Positions 21,738 through 33,500 of a stretch of 64,000 bases of DNA are shown here, in pieces. The notes below the pieces were generated by a model. It was given only the letters and a program-made list of their open reading frames with translations, searched no databases and was not told the DNA's origin. The stretch is from a virus (Duplodnaviria > Caudoviricetes): the IMG/VR virus record IMGVR_UViG_3300031992_000022, positions 32,001-96,000 of that record, one strand, 5' to 3'. Numbering within the stretch: the first letter of the stretch is position 1; every line of letters starts with the position of its first letter. Position numbers and translations under genes: made by a program.

Positions 21738-22343
21738 TTATTTAACAAAATAATCGCTAATACCTCGAGCTATGCATTTAGCAAAATCATCATAATTATT
21801 ACGTAATAAATTTGCATCATATGCATTAGTAATAAATGCAGTTTCTACTAAACATGCAGGTGCATGTGTATTTTTTATCACAGCAAAATTTGCCTCTCGA
21901 ACACCGCGTCTAGTAATATCAATATTATTAACAATTTGATTATAAATTGTTGTAGCTAATTTTTTACCTGCAGTTGCATTATAATAATGATATGTTTCAG
22001 TACCTTGAGCTTGAATACTTTCTGCTGCATTACAATGAATAGATACAAATACATCTGGATTAAGACTATTTTCCTTATAACAAATAGTACCTAATCCATC
22101 ATATTGGAATAGAATACAGTCATAACCTACAGCAGTTAAGTATTTAGCAACTAACTTGCCAATAATTAAGCAACGTTCGGCTTCTTGTAATCCGTTACTA
22201 CAGGCACCGGGATCATCCCACTGATCTGGAATTTGAATATTTTGTATATCATTACCTTCGGCATAAAGGCCATAAGGATATTTACTATCTGAATTATATT
22301 CATATGAGCAACCGTGGCCGGGATTAATAAAAATGCGTGGCAT
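21738..22343 (-). CDS. N-acetylmuramoyl-L-alanine amidase (Amidase_3)
   Basis: IFINPGHG, FVSIHCNA, ACLVETAFITN. Confidence 0.92.
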   Translation of the reverse strand: MPRIFINPGHGCSYEYNSDSKYPYGLYAEGNDIQNIQIPDQWDDPGACSNGLQEAERCLIIGKLVAKYLTAVGYDCILFQYDGLGTICYKENSLNPDVFVSIHCNAAESIQAQGTETYHYYNATAGKKLATTIYNQIVNNIDITRRGVREANFAVIKNTHAPACLVETAFITNAYDANLLRNNYDDFAKCIARGISDYFVK

Positions 22344-22389
22344 AAATAAATCACCTCATATATATAGCTATATATAAAAAAAATAAACA

Positions 22390-22827
22390 TTAACCTTCCC
22401 AGTAATAAGTATTTATTTCATTGCCATTGGATCGTAAATCTACATGAATCCATCCATATCGTGAATCTTCATATCCATAAGATCCATCATATTCACGAGG
22501 ATAATAACCTATGCCATCAAATAATTGACAATTTCTTACATACCATAAAAATTCTCCAATAGTTAATCCGACAGGAACTGCAATATCTGCTGCGCACCAA
22601 TGACAATGTTGGCTATCTTCAGCTCCGCCTACATAAGACGAGTTATTCCATTCATAGCATCGACACCCTGAATTTATCGATAACGGCAATCCTCCTATAT
22701 TATACCTTAATTGTTCTAATCGTTTAATAAATTCTGGATTCATTTTTTCGCCTTGCCCGCCACAATTACAATATGATCCACCGTGACAATCAAATTCTGA
22801 AGAATCAAAATGCTCACTTAATTGCAT
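22390..22827 (-). CDS. Peptidase M15A family (peptidoglycan peptidase)
   Basis: LSEHF..EFDC, INSGCRC..N..VGGA..SQH....AADI, WIHVD. Confidence 0.9.
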   Translation of the reverse strand: MQLSEHFDSSEFDCHGGSYCNCGGQGEKMNPEFIKRLEQLRYNIGGLPLSINSGCRCYEWNNSSYVGGAEDSQHCHWCAADIAVPVGLTIGEFLWYVRNCQLFDGIGYYPREYDGSYGYEDSRYGWIHVDLRSNGNEINTYYWEG

Positions 22828-22907
22828 ATTTATAGCCTCCTTTTTTTATAAAAAAAATAAGAACTGATAAATTAATATCAGTTCTTTTAATAAAAAGAAT
22901 ATTTATT

Positions 22908-24146
22908 CTATTCATTATTTATATTATCATTTGTATTTATTTCATTAATATTATCTTTCATAAATTCCTCACGTTCTTCAGAAGAATTATCAATATATTG
23001 TAAATCTTCTCTTTTACGTGAATAAAATAATAATTCTGGATGTTCTTCTTCAAATTGTAATTTATCTAATTTAGTTAAATTAAGAGGATTTAATTTACTT
23101 TCATCATACGGCAAGCCTTTACGTTTTTGTCTATCATGATAATTCATTATTCTTAATTTCCAATATGGAATTGGTTTAAAATGTTCTAAATCTAAAAATA
23201 AATTTGACATTGTACAATAACGTATAATTGGCTTCCATTCTTGCGTTTTTCGTATTTTACCTGCAATAATTACATAATGATCAGAATCATGATAATAATA
23301 ACTATGATCTTTCATATATCTACGTACAAAAAGCGTTAAATCTCCCCAGTTATCTGACTGAAACAAAGTCTTTTCTGGTTCATCAATATCATATATTCTA
23401 AAATCATCCATATAATGGCCATCGTAATATGGCCTACCAGTCCATTTACCCGCTTGACTTTGCCATAAATCTCCTATATGTACTGCTTTACCAGATGGAA
23501 AAAAATATTTTTTATGCTGTCTTTTAAATTCTTTTCTGCCTCGATACCATTCGCGTTGGAATATTTGCTTATGAGTATCAACATTAAATTTTTCACTTTC
23601 CCATAAAGAAATTCTAGACTGACACACATTTTCAAACCATTCATATGAACGATCCATTTCATAACGTTCTCTTGTATAATTAGCATTTTCCGATGTAATT
23701 AAATATAATTTATTTGTTGGATCATCAATATGATTATTTCTAAAATTTTGAATTTTTTGTAATAATTCTTCAGAAGGATTAGCATCAACAATTATAATAG
23801 AATTACGATGATTAAATAATTTACCATTTATATCAATTAAAACAATTTCATTAAGTTCTTCATTAAATTGAGTATAATAATCTCCACGATATAATAAAAT
23901 TGCTCTAATAATATTAGCTGTATGAAAGTTTTTACAATAATCATTTATATCTACACGAATTTTATAAGTTGTACCATGCCAGACAAATGGTTCATACTGT
24001 CTAGCATTATGTAAAATTTTTCTTGGTCTAATTTTTTGTGTTATTGGATCAATTTCAGCTGTAACACCATAAGGTAATAATGAACCTTCAATTTTATTAA
24101 TTGACATTTGTGTACTAGACGTACTAATCTTCTTCATTAAATTCAT
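22908..24146 (-). CDS. Hypothetical protein
   Basis: 412-aa ORF. Confidence 0.7.
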   Translation of the reverse strand: MNLMKKISTSSTQMSINKIEGSLLPYGVTAEIDPITQKIRPRKILHNARQYEPFVWHGTTYKIRVDINDYCKNFHTANIIRAILLYRGDYYTQFNEELNEIVLIDINGKLFNHRNSIIIVDANPSEELLQKIQNFRNNHIDDPTNKLYLITSENANYTRERYEMDRSYEWFENVCQSRISLWESEKFNVDTHKQIFQREWYRGRKEFKRQHKKYFFPSGKAVHIGDLWQSQAGKWTGRPYYDGHYMDDFRIYDIDEPEKTLFQSDNWGDLTLFVRRYMKDHSYYYHDSDHYVIIAGKIRKTQEWKPIIRYCTMSNLFLDLEHFKPIPYWKLRIMNYHDRQKRKGLPYDESKLNPLNLTKLDKLQFEEEHPELLFYSRKREDLQYIDNSSEEREEFMKDNINEINTNDNINNE

Positions 24147-25059
24147 CCTCTACTAAAAAATGTCTATTAACTAAATAAGTATCATCAAATACAAATATAG
24201 CAAAAAATAAATTAGCATTTTTAAACAAAATATTAATATGTCGCTTTATAAATTTATGTACTGAAGTAATATTATATATATAATTATCGATTAAACTAAA
24301 ATCACTCATTAATTCTTCATTATATATACTTTCATTAAATGTTTGCATTAATAAATTCTTAAAATGATTTTTATGATATATTACATCTTGTGCATAATAA
24401 AAAGGTAATAAAATTATAAAATGTGCATCATCAATCAATTCAGAATCATCAGGTTCTATAGCAATAATTGTTTGTAAATCATCTAATACAATTTCATTTA
24501 TATTCATTATATTCGTACTATTAGTATTTTGTAATCTAAATTGACAAATAAATAAATTATCTAACCATAAATAAAAATTGCATAAACAATAATTATAATG
24601 TACTCTATTTATTTCACAATTTATTGGAAAACCAATTATATAATCTACATTATCAATATTTAATAAAATAAACATATTATCTTGTAATTTTAAACGTTTC
24701 CTAACAAATTGATAATATTTTAATAACTCAAAAATTATAATATCGATTGTATTTAAAAACTTTTGAATTATTTCTAATGTAAAATTAGAATCAAATTGAC
24801 AATTAATATTCTCTTGACATAATTTTTTAAATTTTTTAATATTATTAAATTTATTAATTATAAATGATATATTTAAAGTAATTGTTTTTATCGTTTCTGA
24901 ATCTTTAACAATATTTAATTCAATTTTATTTTCAGTAATTAAAATATTAATTTGATTAACAAAACAATTATTAAAATCAGCAAAAGGATTGCAATATAAA
25001 ATTGATTGTAATATATATTTATCTATATAAATATCACTTATATTAAATACACATTTCAT
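24124..25059 (-). CDS. Hypothetical protein
   Basis: 311-aa ORF. Confidence 0.6.
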   Translation of the reverse strand: MKCVFNISDIYIDKYILQSILYCNPFADFNNCFVNQINILITENKIELNIVKDSETIKTITLNISFIINKFNNIKKFKKLCQENINCQFDSNFTLEIIQKFLNTIDIIIFELLKYYQFVRKRLKLQDNMFILLNIDNVDYIIGFPINCEINRVHYNYCLCNFYLWLDNLFICQFRLQNTNSTNIMNINEIVLDDLQTIIAIEPDDSELIDDAHFIILLPFYYAQDVIYHKNHFKNLLMQTFNESIYNEELMSDFSLIDNYIYNITSVHKFIKRHINILFKNANLFFAIFVFDDTYLVNRHFLVEDEFNEED

Positions 25060-25569
25060 TTATATACTACTCCTATGAAAATATAAAAATTCTTTTATCA
25101 TTAAACTTTTATCTTCTTCTAAATTTACTCGTTCAAAATCATTTTTATATTGTTCTGTTTCTTTATATCCGCCATTTTCTTTATCTTCCTCATAATATTG
25201 TTTTGGCATTCTAGTAATACTTTTTAGTGAAGAATATGCATCATATATACTTTCATTACCAAAATGGGAACCGGTCCATGGATTATATAAATTACCATGT
25301 TTAGGAATATAAGCACGTAATCTATATTTTTCATCTATATATGCAATAAAATATACTTTATATTTACTAAAATTATCTTGTAAAGATATTAATGCAAAAA
25401 TATTATTATCTTTTTCTATTATTTCAGTATTTATTGCATTATCATTTTCAATATATTCATTAATATTAATATTCCAATTTAAATCTTTAGAAGAAATAAT
25501 AGAAAAAATTTTTTTATGTTTAATGATATTATAAAATTCATCATAATTTAGATTTTTTATATATCGCAT
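25060..25569 (-). CDS. Hypothetical protein
   Basis: 169-aa ORF containing LRAYIPKHGNLYNP. Confidence 0.65.
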   Translation of the reverse strand: MRYIKNLNYDEFYNIIKHKKIFSIISSKDLNWNININEYIENDNAINTEIIEKDNNIFALISLQDNFSKYKVYFIAYIDEKYRLRAYIPKHGNLYNPWTGSHFGNESIYDAYSSLKSITRMPKQYYEEDKENGGYKETEQYKNDFERVNLEEDKSLMIKEFLYFHRSSI

Positions 25570-25695
25570 TATTTATCATAACTCCTTTATATTTTTTATA
25601 TAATAATTTAAAAATATAAAAAATAAAAAGATTAGGTTTATTTTATTGTTTAGATAAAAAGATACATATAATTTTTTTTATAGAGAGGATTTATA

Positions 25696-25962
25696 ATGAG
25701 AGATCGTTTTAAAAATATCTTAGCAAATGAAGAATATGTTGTTCGTGGAGACACTATTGGACGCGAAGGCCATACAGAAGTATCAGGTAATGTCGATTCT
25801 ACTATTATCGATCATCGTAACTTATTAACAGAAGATCAAGCATGCATTGAAACTACTTTAGATATGAAAAATCTAGATAGTTCTAATGATGCAACTTGTA
25901 GTTGCGAACAATGTAGTAAGCATGCTTCATCTAATAAAATTATTCAGCGTATTTTTGGATAA
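25696..25962 (+). CDS. Small hypothetical protein (CxCxxC)
   Basis: 88-aa ORF with GAGG RBS. Confidence 0.65.
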   Translation: MRDRFKNILANEEYVVRGDTIGREGHTEVSGNVDSTIIDHRNLLTEDQACIETTLDMKNLDSSNDATCSCEQCSKHASSNKIIQRIFG

Positions 25963-25966
25963 AATA

Positions 25967-25992
25967 AAAAGACTATTATAATAGTCTTTTTT
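25967..25992. terminator. Bidirectional intrinsic terminator between convergent genes
   Basis: AAAAGACTATT..AATAGTCTTTTT. Confidence 0.7.
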
Positions 25993-28900
25993 TATTGCTC
26001 TTGCAAATATGCATCTACAGTTTCTTTAGACGGTCTATAAGCTGGATTACGAATAGATGCCGGATTTTTGATATATTTATCCATCCATTTTTTAGCATCA
26101 GATTTATCGATATCAAATAATAAATCTCCTAATTGTTCCGGATTTTCCCAATACAATTTCATTATTTTATCATAATCTTGATTATTCTCAGAACCAAAAT
26201 TATCTTGTTCGGGATTATCTAAATGCATAAATGAATGCTGATAATCGCCTTCGCGATTATTAAATGATAATTCATCATTCATATTTTCATCATTTTCTTC
26301 ATTAGCACGTCGTTGTTCGTATTTAGTTTTACTTTTACTATTATTAGTTAATTCAAAAATTGAATCAATAGGTTGCATATGTGCTCGCTGATTTTGTTCT
26401 TGCTCGTTTATATCTTGTTGAATTTTTGCAGCCGAATCATTATGTGCTTGAATATCTACTAATGTAGTATATAATGATACTAAATACCTTTCTCGATCGT
26501 TTAATTTATTACTATTTAAATCTCCAATTCCTTCTGCATCATCATATGTATTAATAGTAGTTATTAATTTCGAACTAGTTTTTTCTAACATTTCAATTCT
26601 TTTTTGAATTGGCTGTATTGTATTATTAAATAAATTTTTACGATCTTCTTCATAGCCTTTTATAAGTGCTGAATTATCTTTATTCAATTTTTCTAAATCA
26701 TTAATTGCTTTTTCAACTCGATTAATTTCTTCTTGATTATTAGTCTGTTCATAATTAGCTTTTTCTACATTTAATTTTGCTATTTTATTTAAATTTTCTT
26801 CTATTTTCTTTAGCGTTTCTTCTTTCTTCCTATCGTATGCCACTAATTGACCGTATAATCCTGCGCCTTGAATATTTTTTTCAGTTGATAGCATATTAAT
26901 GAATTTTTTCATATCAAATGATTGCATATACCGTCTTGTTACATCTGGATCATTTAAATGATACAGTAATTGTTGCTGAGCATCTGTAAGTTCTTCATTA
27001 TTTTCAGAACGTACTCGTAATTGTTCTTTCTTTAATAATTGTGCTAATGGATTATATTTAGCTCCATATAATTTAGTATATAATGCTTGTAATTCTATTA
27101 ATAAACTATTTTGTTCCGCTTGCATTTTTTGTTCTTTAGCTTCACTTGCAATATAACCTTCTTCATGTTTTTTACTTTTTAATAATTCTTTATATTCTTG
27201 ATATTGCTGTCTATATTCTTTAATTCTACGAGATAAATCCGTTGTTTGTAAAGCTTTTAATATATTAATAGTGCTTTCTTTTTGCCTTTGAATATCTGTA
27301 GACAACTGACGAGTTTTTGTTGGTGTTTTATAATTAATTGTAGCTAATTGATTATTTATATATTCATCAATATTATCATTACCACGAATTAATTTTATTA
27401 TAAGATTATCAAAAAGTTTTTTAATCATTGTATTATCGATTGTGCTAAATTTATCTTGTACTGTTCTTACTAATGTACTGTATAATTCAGTTTCGCACTC
27501 TTGCAATTTATGTTCAAGAGTGTGAATTTGTGAAATTAATCCAAATACTTGCTTACCATTTTCATCAATATATCCATTTAATATATCAAAATGTTCTTGC
27601 ATTTTTTCAGACATATCTTGCGAAGTTAGCATTTTATATTTTTCGCTATCTCGTATTTGTAATTCTTTTTTACATAATGAAATATGTTTTTTAATTATAG
27701 ATTCTAATTCAGCTTTAAATATATTAAAAGACTTACCATATGTTTTCTTTAAACGTTCATAATAATCAGTATTAGATTCTTCCTTACTTTTATTCATATC
27801 ATCATTTTGAACATTATATAATTGTAAAAACTGTACAAACATATAATATTCATTATCAGTATTAAAATTTTTACATAATTGTTTTATAACTTCATCAATA
27901 AATTTATCAACAGTTTGACTAAAATACGCTTTGTTTAATGTTTTAATATTATTTTTATTTGATTTAGTTGAAGTAAGAAATTGTTCTAATGTATTAATAT
28001 TAATGCTATCAGCGATATCATCTTGAATCGCTTGCGCAAGCATAACACTATAAAAATTATTACCTGGATTATTACAAATTTCGAATGATTTATATTGTAA
28101 TTCATTTCTAATATATTCTTGAATTTCAATTTTTACTTTATCAAATATTTTTTTAATTTCTTGCTGATCATCATTTTTTAATAAATTATAAATTTGATCA
28201 CCAGTTAATTTATCTTCAATAATTTTAAATTTTTGTTCTTTGCCCTTTACAACTCGTGTTATAACATCATCAATATTAGGATTTTTATCAAGTAATAGCT
28301 CAGCTTTAATTTCTGAACTAGTATATGGGCCCATACGTTCTTGAGTATCTTGATTCACAATAAATAACTTTGTATTATCGACTGTAGATAAATTATAACT
28401 TTTATAAATTTCATTAAAATCATTTTTTAATATCGATATAAAAATTGCCATAATATTATCTTTTGATTCTTTCATTAATACAGATGTTATTGCTTGTAAT
28501 AATTCTAAATTTTTATCAGAATCTTGAAAATCTTTTAAATCTTGTAATCTAACATTTTTATCAGGTGCTCCATCTGCCATATAATAATGTAATAATCGCA
28601 TTTTCGCAGATAAATCAGGCGCTTGATAATTATTATTTGCTAAATAATAAGATACAAACTTATTAATTGATTGTGTTAATAAAATGCCTAATAATGATTG
28701 TTTAGATGTTAATCGTTGAATAATTTTATCCGCAATTTTTTTATAATCAATTTTTGCTGCATTTACTGCATCTAATTTTTCAGTATTAGTACGCTGTAAA
28801 TTATGTAATTTCATACGGTTTCGATCTAATTCTTTCTGTGCTTTTTCATAATTCTGAATTATCAGATTCTCTTTTATAGTTCTACTACCGGAATTAACAG

Positions 28901-30422
28901 CTAAAGCATTTTCATAATCTACTTGCGTAGCACCAATTGCTTGCTCTGCAGCTTTAATAGATTCAATTAATTGATCAATTTTAGTTTGTTCATCTGGAAT
29001 CTTTTTATTTTCTTTACTGCCTTTTGCTAATATATTATATGCTCGTTGTAACGTTCCTAAGTATTCTCTATGTTCAATATATTCAGTTACCATTTTCTGC
29101 CGGTCTTTATAATCTTGTGTTCTTGTCATATCTTCAGCTTTCATATATTGTTCTTCATTATTTTGTAACTGCTTTTCATAATTTTTATTATCGTGAGTTA
29201 ATCGATTAATATTGTTATTTAAACTAATCTGTTCCTCATTTAAATTTTTAATTCTCTTTCGACCATTTTGTAAAGTATCAATATATACTTTTATTTTATA
29301 TATTTCTGGCATCTGTTCTTTAATATCATTCCAAGGCCAATTTTTACTATTGCTTTTATCTATATGCGGTAATAGATCTATAGTTTTATTAATTAGTCGC
29401 TTAGTTAAATCCTTTAATTCTTGATTATACTCAATTGCATCAATATAATCGTATAAATCAAAGCCATCTTCATCTTGATAAATATTTTTAGAATCCTGTT
29501 TTACAATTGCATCTGCTATCAAATATTGTTGCCGTGCTATTGGTAAATCAATATTTTCCAATCTACTTTTTTTATCTTTAATATTTTCATAATCTTGCGT
29601 TTGATTTGATGCTGTATCTTCCATAGTTCTAAGAAAATCTTCCATCTCAGTTATTCGATCAGTTATACTATTATATAAGTTTTCGTATTTTGATTTTTTT
29701 ATACCGACATTATATAAATCAAGTAACGCAATATTATCATTTATTACTTGATTATAATAATCACGATAAGTATATGTTTCTCCAGTTTCATCTTGCTGCG
29801 GCGCATCTAAATCTTTATCTGCACTGTCACACTTCTTACTTAATTGTTGTATTTCATTATCATTATCAGCAATTTGCTGTCTAGATTGTTCTATATCACT
29901 TTGATTATCATTTATTGTTTTTTGTAAATAATCATTATAACGTATAATTGAATTTATTTTTTCTAAATATGCTTGATAACGTTCAAAGGTATCTTTATTT
30001 TCTTTAAGATATTTTTCTATTCTTTCAATTTCACTTTTAGCATTTTGATCATTAAATGTATTGCGTTCAACTCGCGAACGCAATACATATGGAAATAATG
30101 GATTTTCAATTAATTCATTAACTATATCATCCATAGGCTTATGCGATTGTTGAATTACACGATCATATTTATTAAATGATGTACTACGAGTATCAGGTAA
30201 ATTATAATCTGTAGTATCTTCTTCTTTTGCAGCTTGATTTAATAAATTTTCAAAATCTTCAATAAATTTATTATCTTCATCTGATAAAGTTTCAAAATTA
30301 TCTCGCAATTGTAAAAGTTTCTTATATCGGGGATATTTTTCATGAATTTGCTGATCAATATTATTTTTTGCTGCTAATTTACGGAATTTTAATATAGTAT
30401 TCATAATTTTATTAAAACCCAT
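25992..30422 (-). CDS. Large coiled-coil protein (1476 aa), putative virion/internal protein
   Basis: Long E/K/Q-rich ORF with heptad character; N-terminal RKLAA. Confidence 0.7.
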   Translation of the reverse strand: MGFNKIMNTILKFRKLAAKNNIDQQIHEKYPRYKKLLQLRDNFETLSDEDNKFIEDFENLLNQAAKEEDTTDYNLPDTRSTSFNKYDRVIQQSHKPMDDIVNELIENPLFPYVLRSRVERNTFNDQNAKSEIERIEKYLKENKDTFERYQAYLEKINSIIRYNDYLQKTINDNQSDIEQSRQQIADNDNEIQQLSKKCDSADKDLDAPQQDETGETYTYRDYYNQVINDNIALLDLYNVGIKKSKYENLYNSITDRITEMEDFLRTMEDTASNQTQDYENIKDKKSRLENIDLPIARQQYLIADAIVKQDSKNIYQDEDGFDLYDYIDAIEYNQELKDLTKRLINKTIDLLPHIDKSNSKNWPWNDIKEQMPEIYKIKVYIDTLQNGRKRIKNLNEEQISLNNNINRLTHDNKNYEKQLQNNEEQYMKAEDMTRTQDYKDRQKMVTEYIEHREYLGTLQRAYNILAKGSKENKKIPDEQTKIDQLIESIKAAEQAIGATQVDYENALAVNSGSRTIKENLIIQNYEKAQKELDRNRMKLHNLQRTNTEKLDAVNAAKIDYKKIADKIIQRLTSKQSLLGILLTQSINKFVSYYLANNNYQAPDLSAKMRLLHYYMADGAPDKNVRLQDLKDFQDSDKNLELLQAITSVLMKESKDNIMAIFISILKNDFNEIYKSYNLSTVDNTKLFIVNQDTQERMGPYTSSEIKAELLLDKNPNIDDVITRVVKGKEQKFKIIEDKLTGDQIYNLLKNDDQQEIKKIFDKVKIEIQEYIRNELQYKSFEICNNPGNNFYSVMLAQAIQDDIADSININTLEQFLTSTKSNKNNIKTLNKAYFSQTVDKFIDEVIKQLCKNFNTDNEYYMFVQFLQLYNVQNDDMNKSKEESNTDYYERLKKTYGKSFNIFKAELESIIKKHISLCKKELQIRDSEKYKMLTSQDMSEKMQEHFDILNGYIDENGKQVFGLISQIHTLEHKLQECETELYSTLVRTVQDKFSTIDNTMIKKLFDNLIIKLIRGNDNIDEYINNQLATINYKTPTKTRQLSTDIQRQKESTINILKALQTTDLSRRIKEYRQQYQEYKELLKSKKHEEGYIASEAKEQKMQAEQNSLLIELQALYTKLYGAKYNPLAQLLKKEQLRVRSENNEELTDAQQQLLYHLNDPDVTRRYMQSFDMKKFINMLSTEKNIQGAGLYGQLVAYDRKKEETLKKIEENLNKIAKLNVEKANYEQTNNQEEINRVEKAINDLEKLNKDNSALIKGYEEDRKNLFNNTIQPIQKRIEMLEKTSSKLITTINTYDDAEGIGDLNSNKLNDRERYLVSLYTTLVDIQAHNDSAAKIQQDINEQEQNQRAHMQPIDSIFELTNNSKSKTKYEQRRANEENDENMNDELSFNNREGDYQHSFMHLDNPEQDNFGSENNQDYDKIMKLYWENPEQLGDLLFDIDKSDAKKWMDKYIKNPASIRNPAYRPSKETVDAYLQEQ

Positions 30423-30548
30423 ATTTATATTTCACTTCCTACTATTATTATATATATAAACTTTAAAAAATATTGTTTTTTATATAAGAATATTTTTGTA
30501 TTTCTTTAAAAAAATAGTATTTATAAAGGAGGCTTATATTATAATATA

Positions 30549-33500
30549 ATGAAATTTATAAATAAATACAATAATAATAATTTTAATAATAAATTAGCGT
30601 CCTTAATTAATTTTGATAATAATATAAATAAAAATATTACTGCTATATCTCGACCACGAAGGCCTATTAAAGTACCTTCTAATATACCTTCTGATGACAA
30701 AGAATCAAAGCCCGCTTTTCAAAATGATATAGAAGAGCAAAAGCCCATGTTAATTAACAAACCTAGTATAATTGAAGAGCCTAATGTAATTAATGAACCT
30801 AGTATAATTGAAGAGCCTAATGTAATTGAAGAACCAGCTAAAAATAAATTACAAGATCAGCCAATGTCTAAATCCGATTTAGATAAAATTCAACCTAATC
30901 CTAATTCATCTTCTATAATTAATCCTTCTACAACAAATATGCCTATAACAAATCCACCAACAAATAATCAGCATACAAATAATTCATCTACAAATAATCA
31001 ATTACCGAAAATAAAACCCAGCTTCAGACAACGATTAAAAAGCTTGCATAAGCAAGATTCGCAATTAGACCAAGCAATTCCTAATATACAAAATACATCT
31101 AATACAGACAATGCCTCTAAGCCTAATGACTTTAATTTTAATGAACCCACTACATTAAATTTAAATAATAATACTCTTAATAAATCTAATACTGATATTC
31201 CAAATACAAATAAATCTATCGACGATAAATCAAGTACTGATGAATCTAAGTTAAAGACAAATGCTATTGACCCATTTAATTTTACTGAACCTAATATTAT
31301 AGAAACTGAAATAAAAAATGATGCAAATAACAATAATGACAATGATAATAATAATAATGATAAAGAAATAAAAGTTAAATTGACCGAACAAGAAACACAT
31401 GGATTAGCTGAATTATTTGAAGAATCTCGTAAATCTGACAAACAAACAGATCAGATTATACAATCTTTTGATACAATACTTAATAATTCAGATAATAATA
31501 ATTCAGATAATAATAATGCTAATAATAATGCTGATAATAATACTAACAATATACAACAACAGATAGCAGATACTCAAAAAAATTTATATAGTATAACAGA
31601 TGCATTACAAAAAATTACACAAAAACCAGAAGAATATATCATTCCTATAAATGATATACTTAATAATATAATATCAGAAGAAGAATCTTCAAATGACGTA
31701 TTAATTAAAGCAAATGAAGAAATAGATAAAATTGATAATGAAAAGCTTGACATGCAAGATGAGCAATCTCCTGCTTCAGTATTATTAGATAAAGGCATTG
31801 GAGCTATAACAACAGATAAAGATCAACAGATATTAACTGATTTACAAGGAGAAATACAAATTCCAGATACTCGTGATGAAATTAATAACACTATTAAACA
31901 TACAGATATTACTCAAGTAGTAGAAACCACTATTAATAATATACAAGATATAAATTTAGTACCAGAAACAATAGATGAAGCTGAACAAAATGAATCTGGA
32001 CAAAAAGGATCCCAAAGACAAAAAATAAAATCAATTAAATTAGATACTTCATTTGAATCTATATTACAAAAATATAATAATAATATAAATGCCAACTTAC
32101 TAAAAGATAAAATTAATGAATTCACTGATCCAGAACAATTAAAACAATATATATTACAAGAATGCGATGACACTAATCGTACAATATTAAATAGCGATGC
32201 AATAACTAATATTAATCAATTAAAACAAGCAATATCTGCAATTTATAAAATCGCTTTTGATAATAAATCTATGGTTCAAATAAATAGTGCCTTTGAATAT
32301 AATATAACGAATTTAGTAAATAAATTTTTAGCAACTTTATATATCGATATGTTTAAACAAGAAAGTCTTATAGGTAATCGTAATGGCATGAGTATCGGTA
32401 ATATAACTGCACAAAATGTTGAAACTTTTATTTCTAGCCGACTTAATCCAAATTGGTTTTATAAAGGCGAAGAAGATAAACGAATATATCCATATTTTAC
32501 GCCATTAAATAAAAAAACTGGAAACACATTATATCAATTAATAAATGCTTGTGCATTAAAATTTTGTATTGAAAAATTTAATAACGAAATACAATATGAC
32601 TCTACTAAAAGCTTAGATGATTTATCCACAGAACAACTATTTGTATTAAAAAAAATGCCACGAAAAAGAAATGTAAAAGAGTTGCAAGGTCTTTCCTCAG
32701 ATTTTACTAATGCCGCTGCTTTTAATAAATCTAATATCATATTAGAAAAAATTGATAAAGCCAGAACTACCCTTGGAACATATATTAATAATTATAGTAC
32801 TCAATTAAGAAAATTAGTAACTTATAGAAAAAATATATCTCCTGATATGGCCGAACATCATAGATTTGAACGCATGTCTTTTAGAGGCTTTAGTAAGCCA
32901 TTAGATTGGTATGCTATAGAGCGTAATGCTATGGCTAATAAACCTAATGCATCAGCTATATATCATATACCTCAAGAAATCGAAATTACAATTCAAGATA
33001 TACAAGCAACTGTTACTAATCCTAAGCCTGAAATAAAAAAAAGTAATATTAAATTTTATACTGATATATATTTAAGATATAAATTAACTTTATTATATAA
33101 AAAATATATTATTCCATATCTATTAGAAAATCTTAATAAACTTAATAATGCATATAATTTATTAAACAATTATCAATTTACAAGTAATATATATGATCAA
33201 TTATATAAAGATATACAACAACATCCATTGCATTTTTTTCGTATATCTAATTTTTTTACATTTACTAAAGAAACAATACCAATTGAATATTTAGATCCAT
33301 ATACACCAAAAAACCAGAAACTGCTACAATCTCGACGAGCTACTATGGCAAATCGTATAAATAATCGAATTTTAATTCGCTTAGCTATGAATTTTAATGG
33401 TTCTTTAGCTGATAATGATATATTAATTCAATTTTATCAACAGCCCTATGCAAAATATTTAATTAGTTTATTATGCGGAACTACTTGTTTAACTGGAAAT

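Noticed and set aside
27473-32740. Short antisense ORFs overlapping the large genes (also 3062, 4376, 8075, 17094, 56985-57800, 60971, 63627)
   Set aside because: Shadow frames of real genes or introns with no recognisable motif
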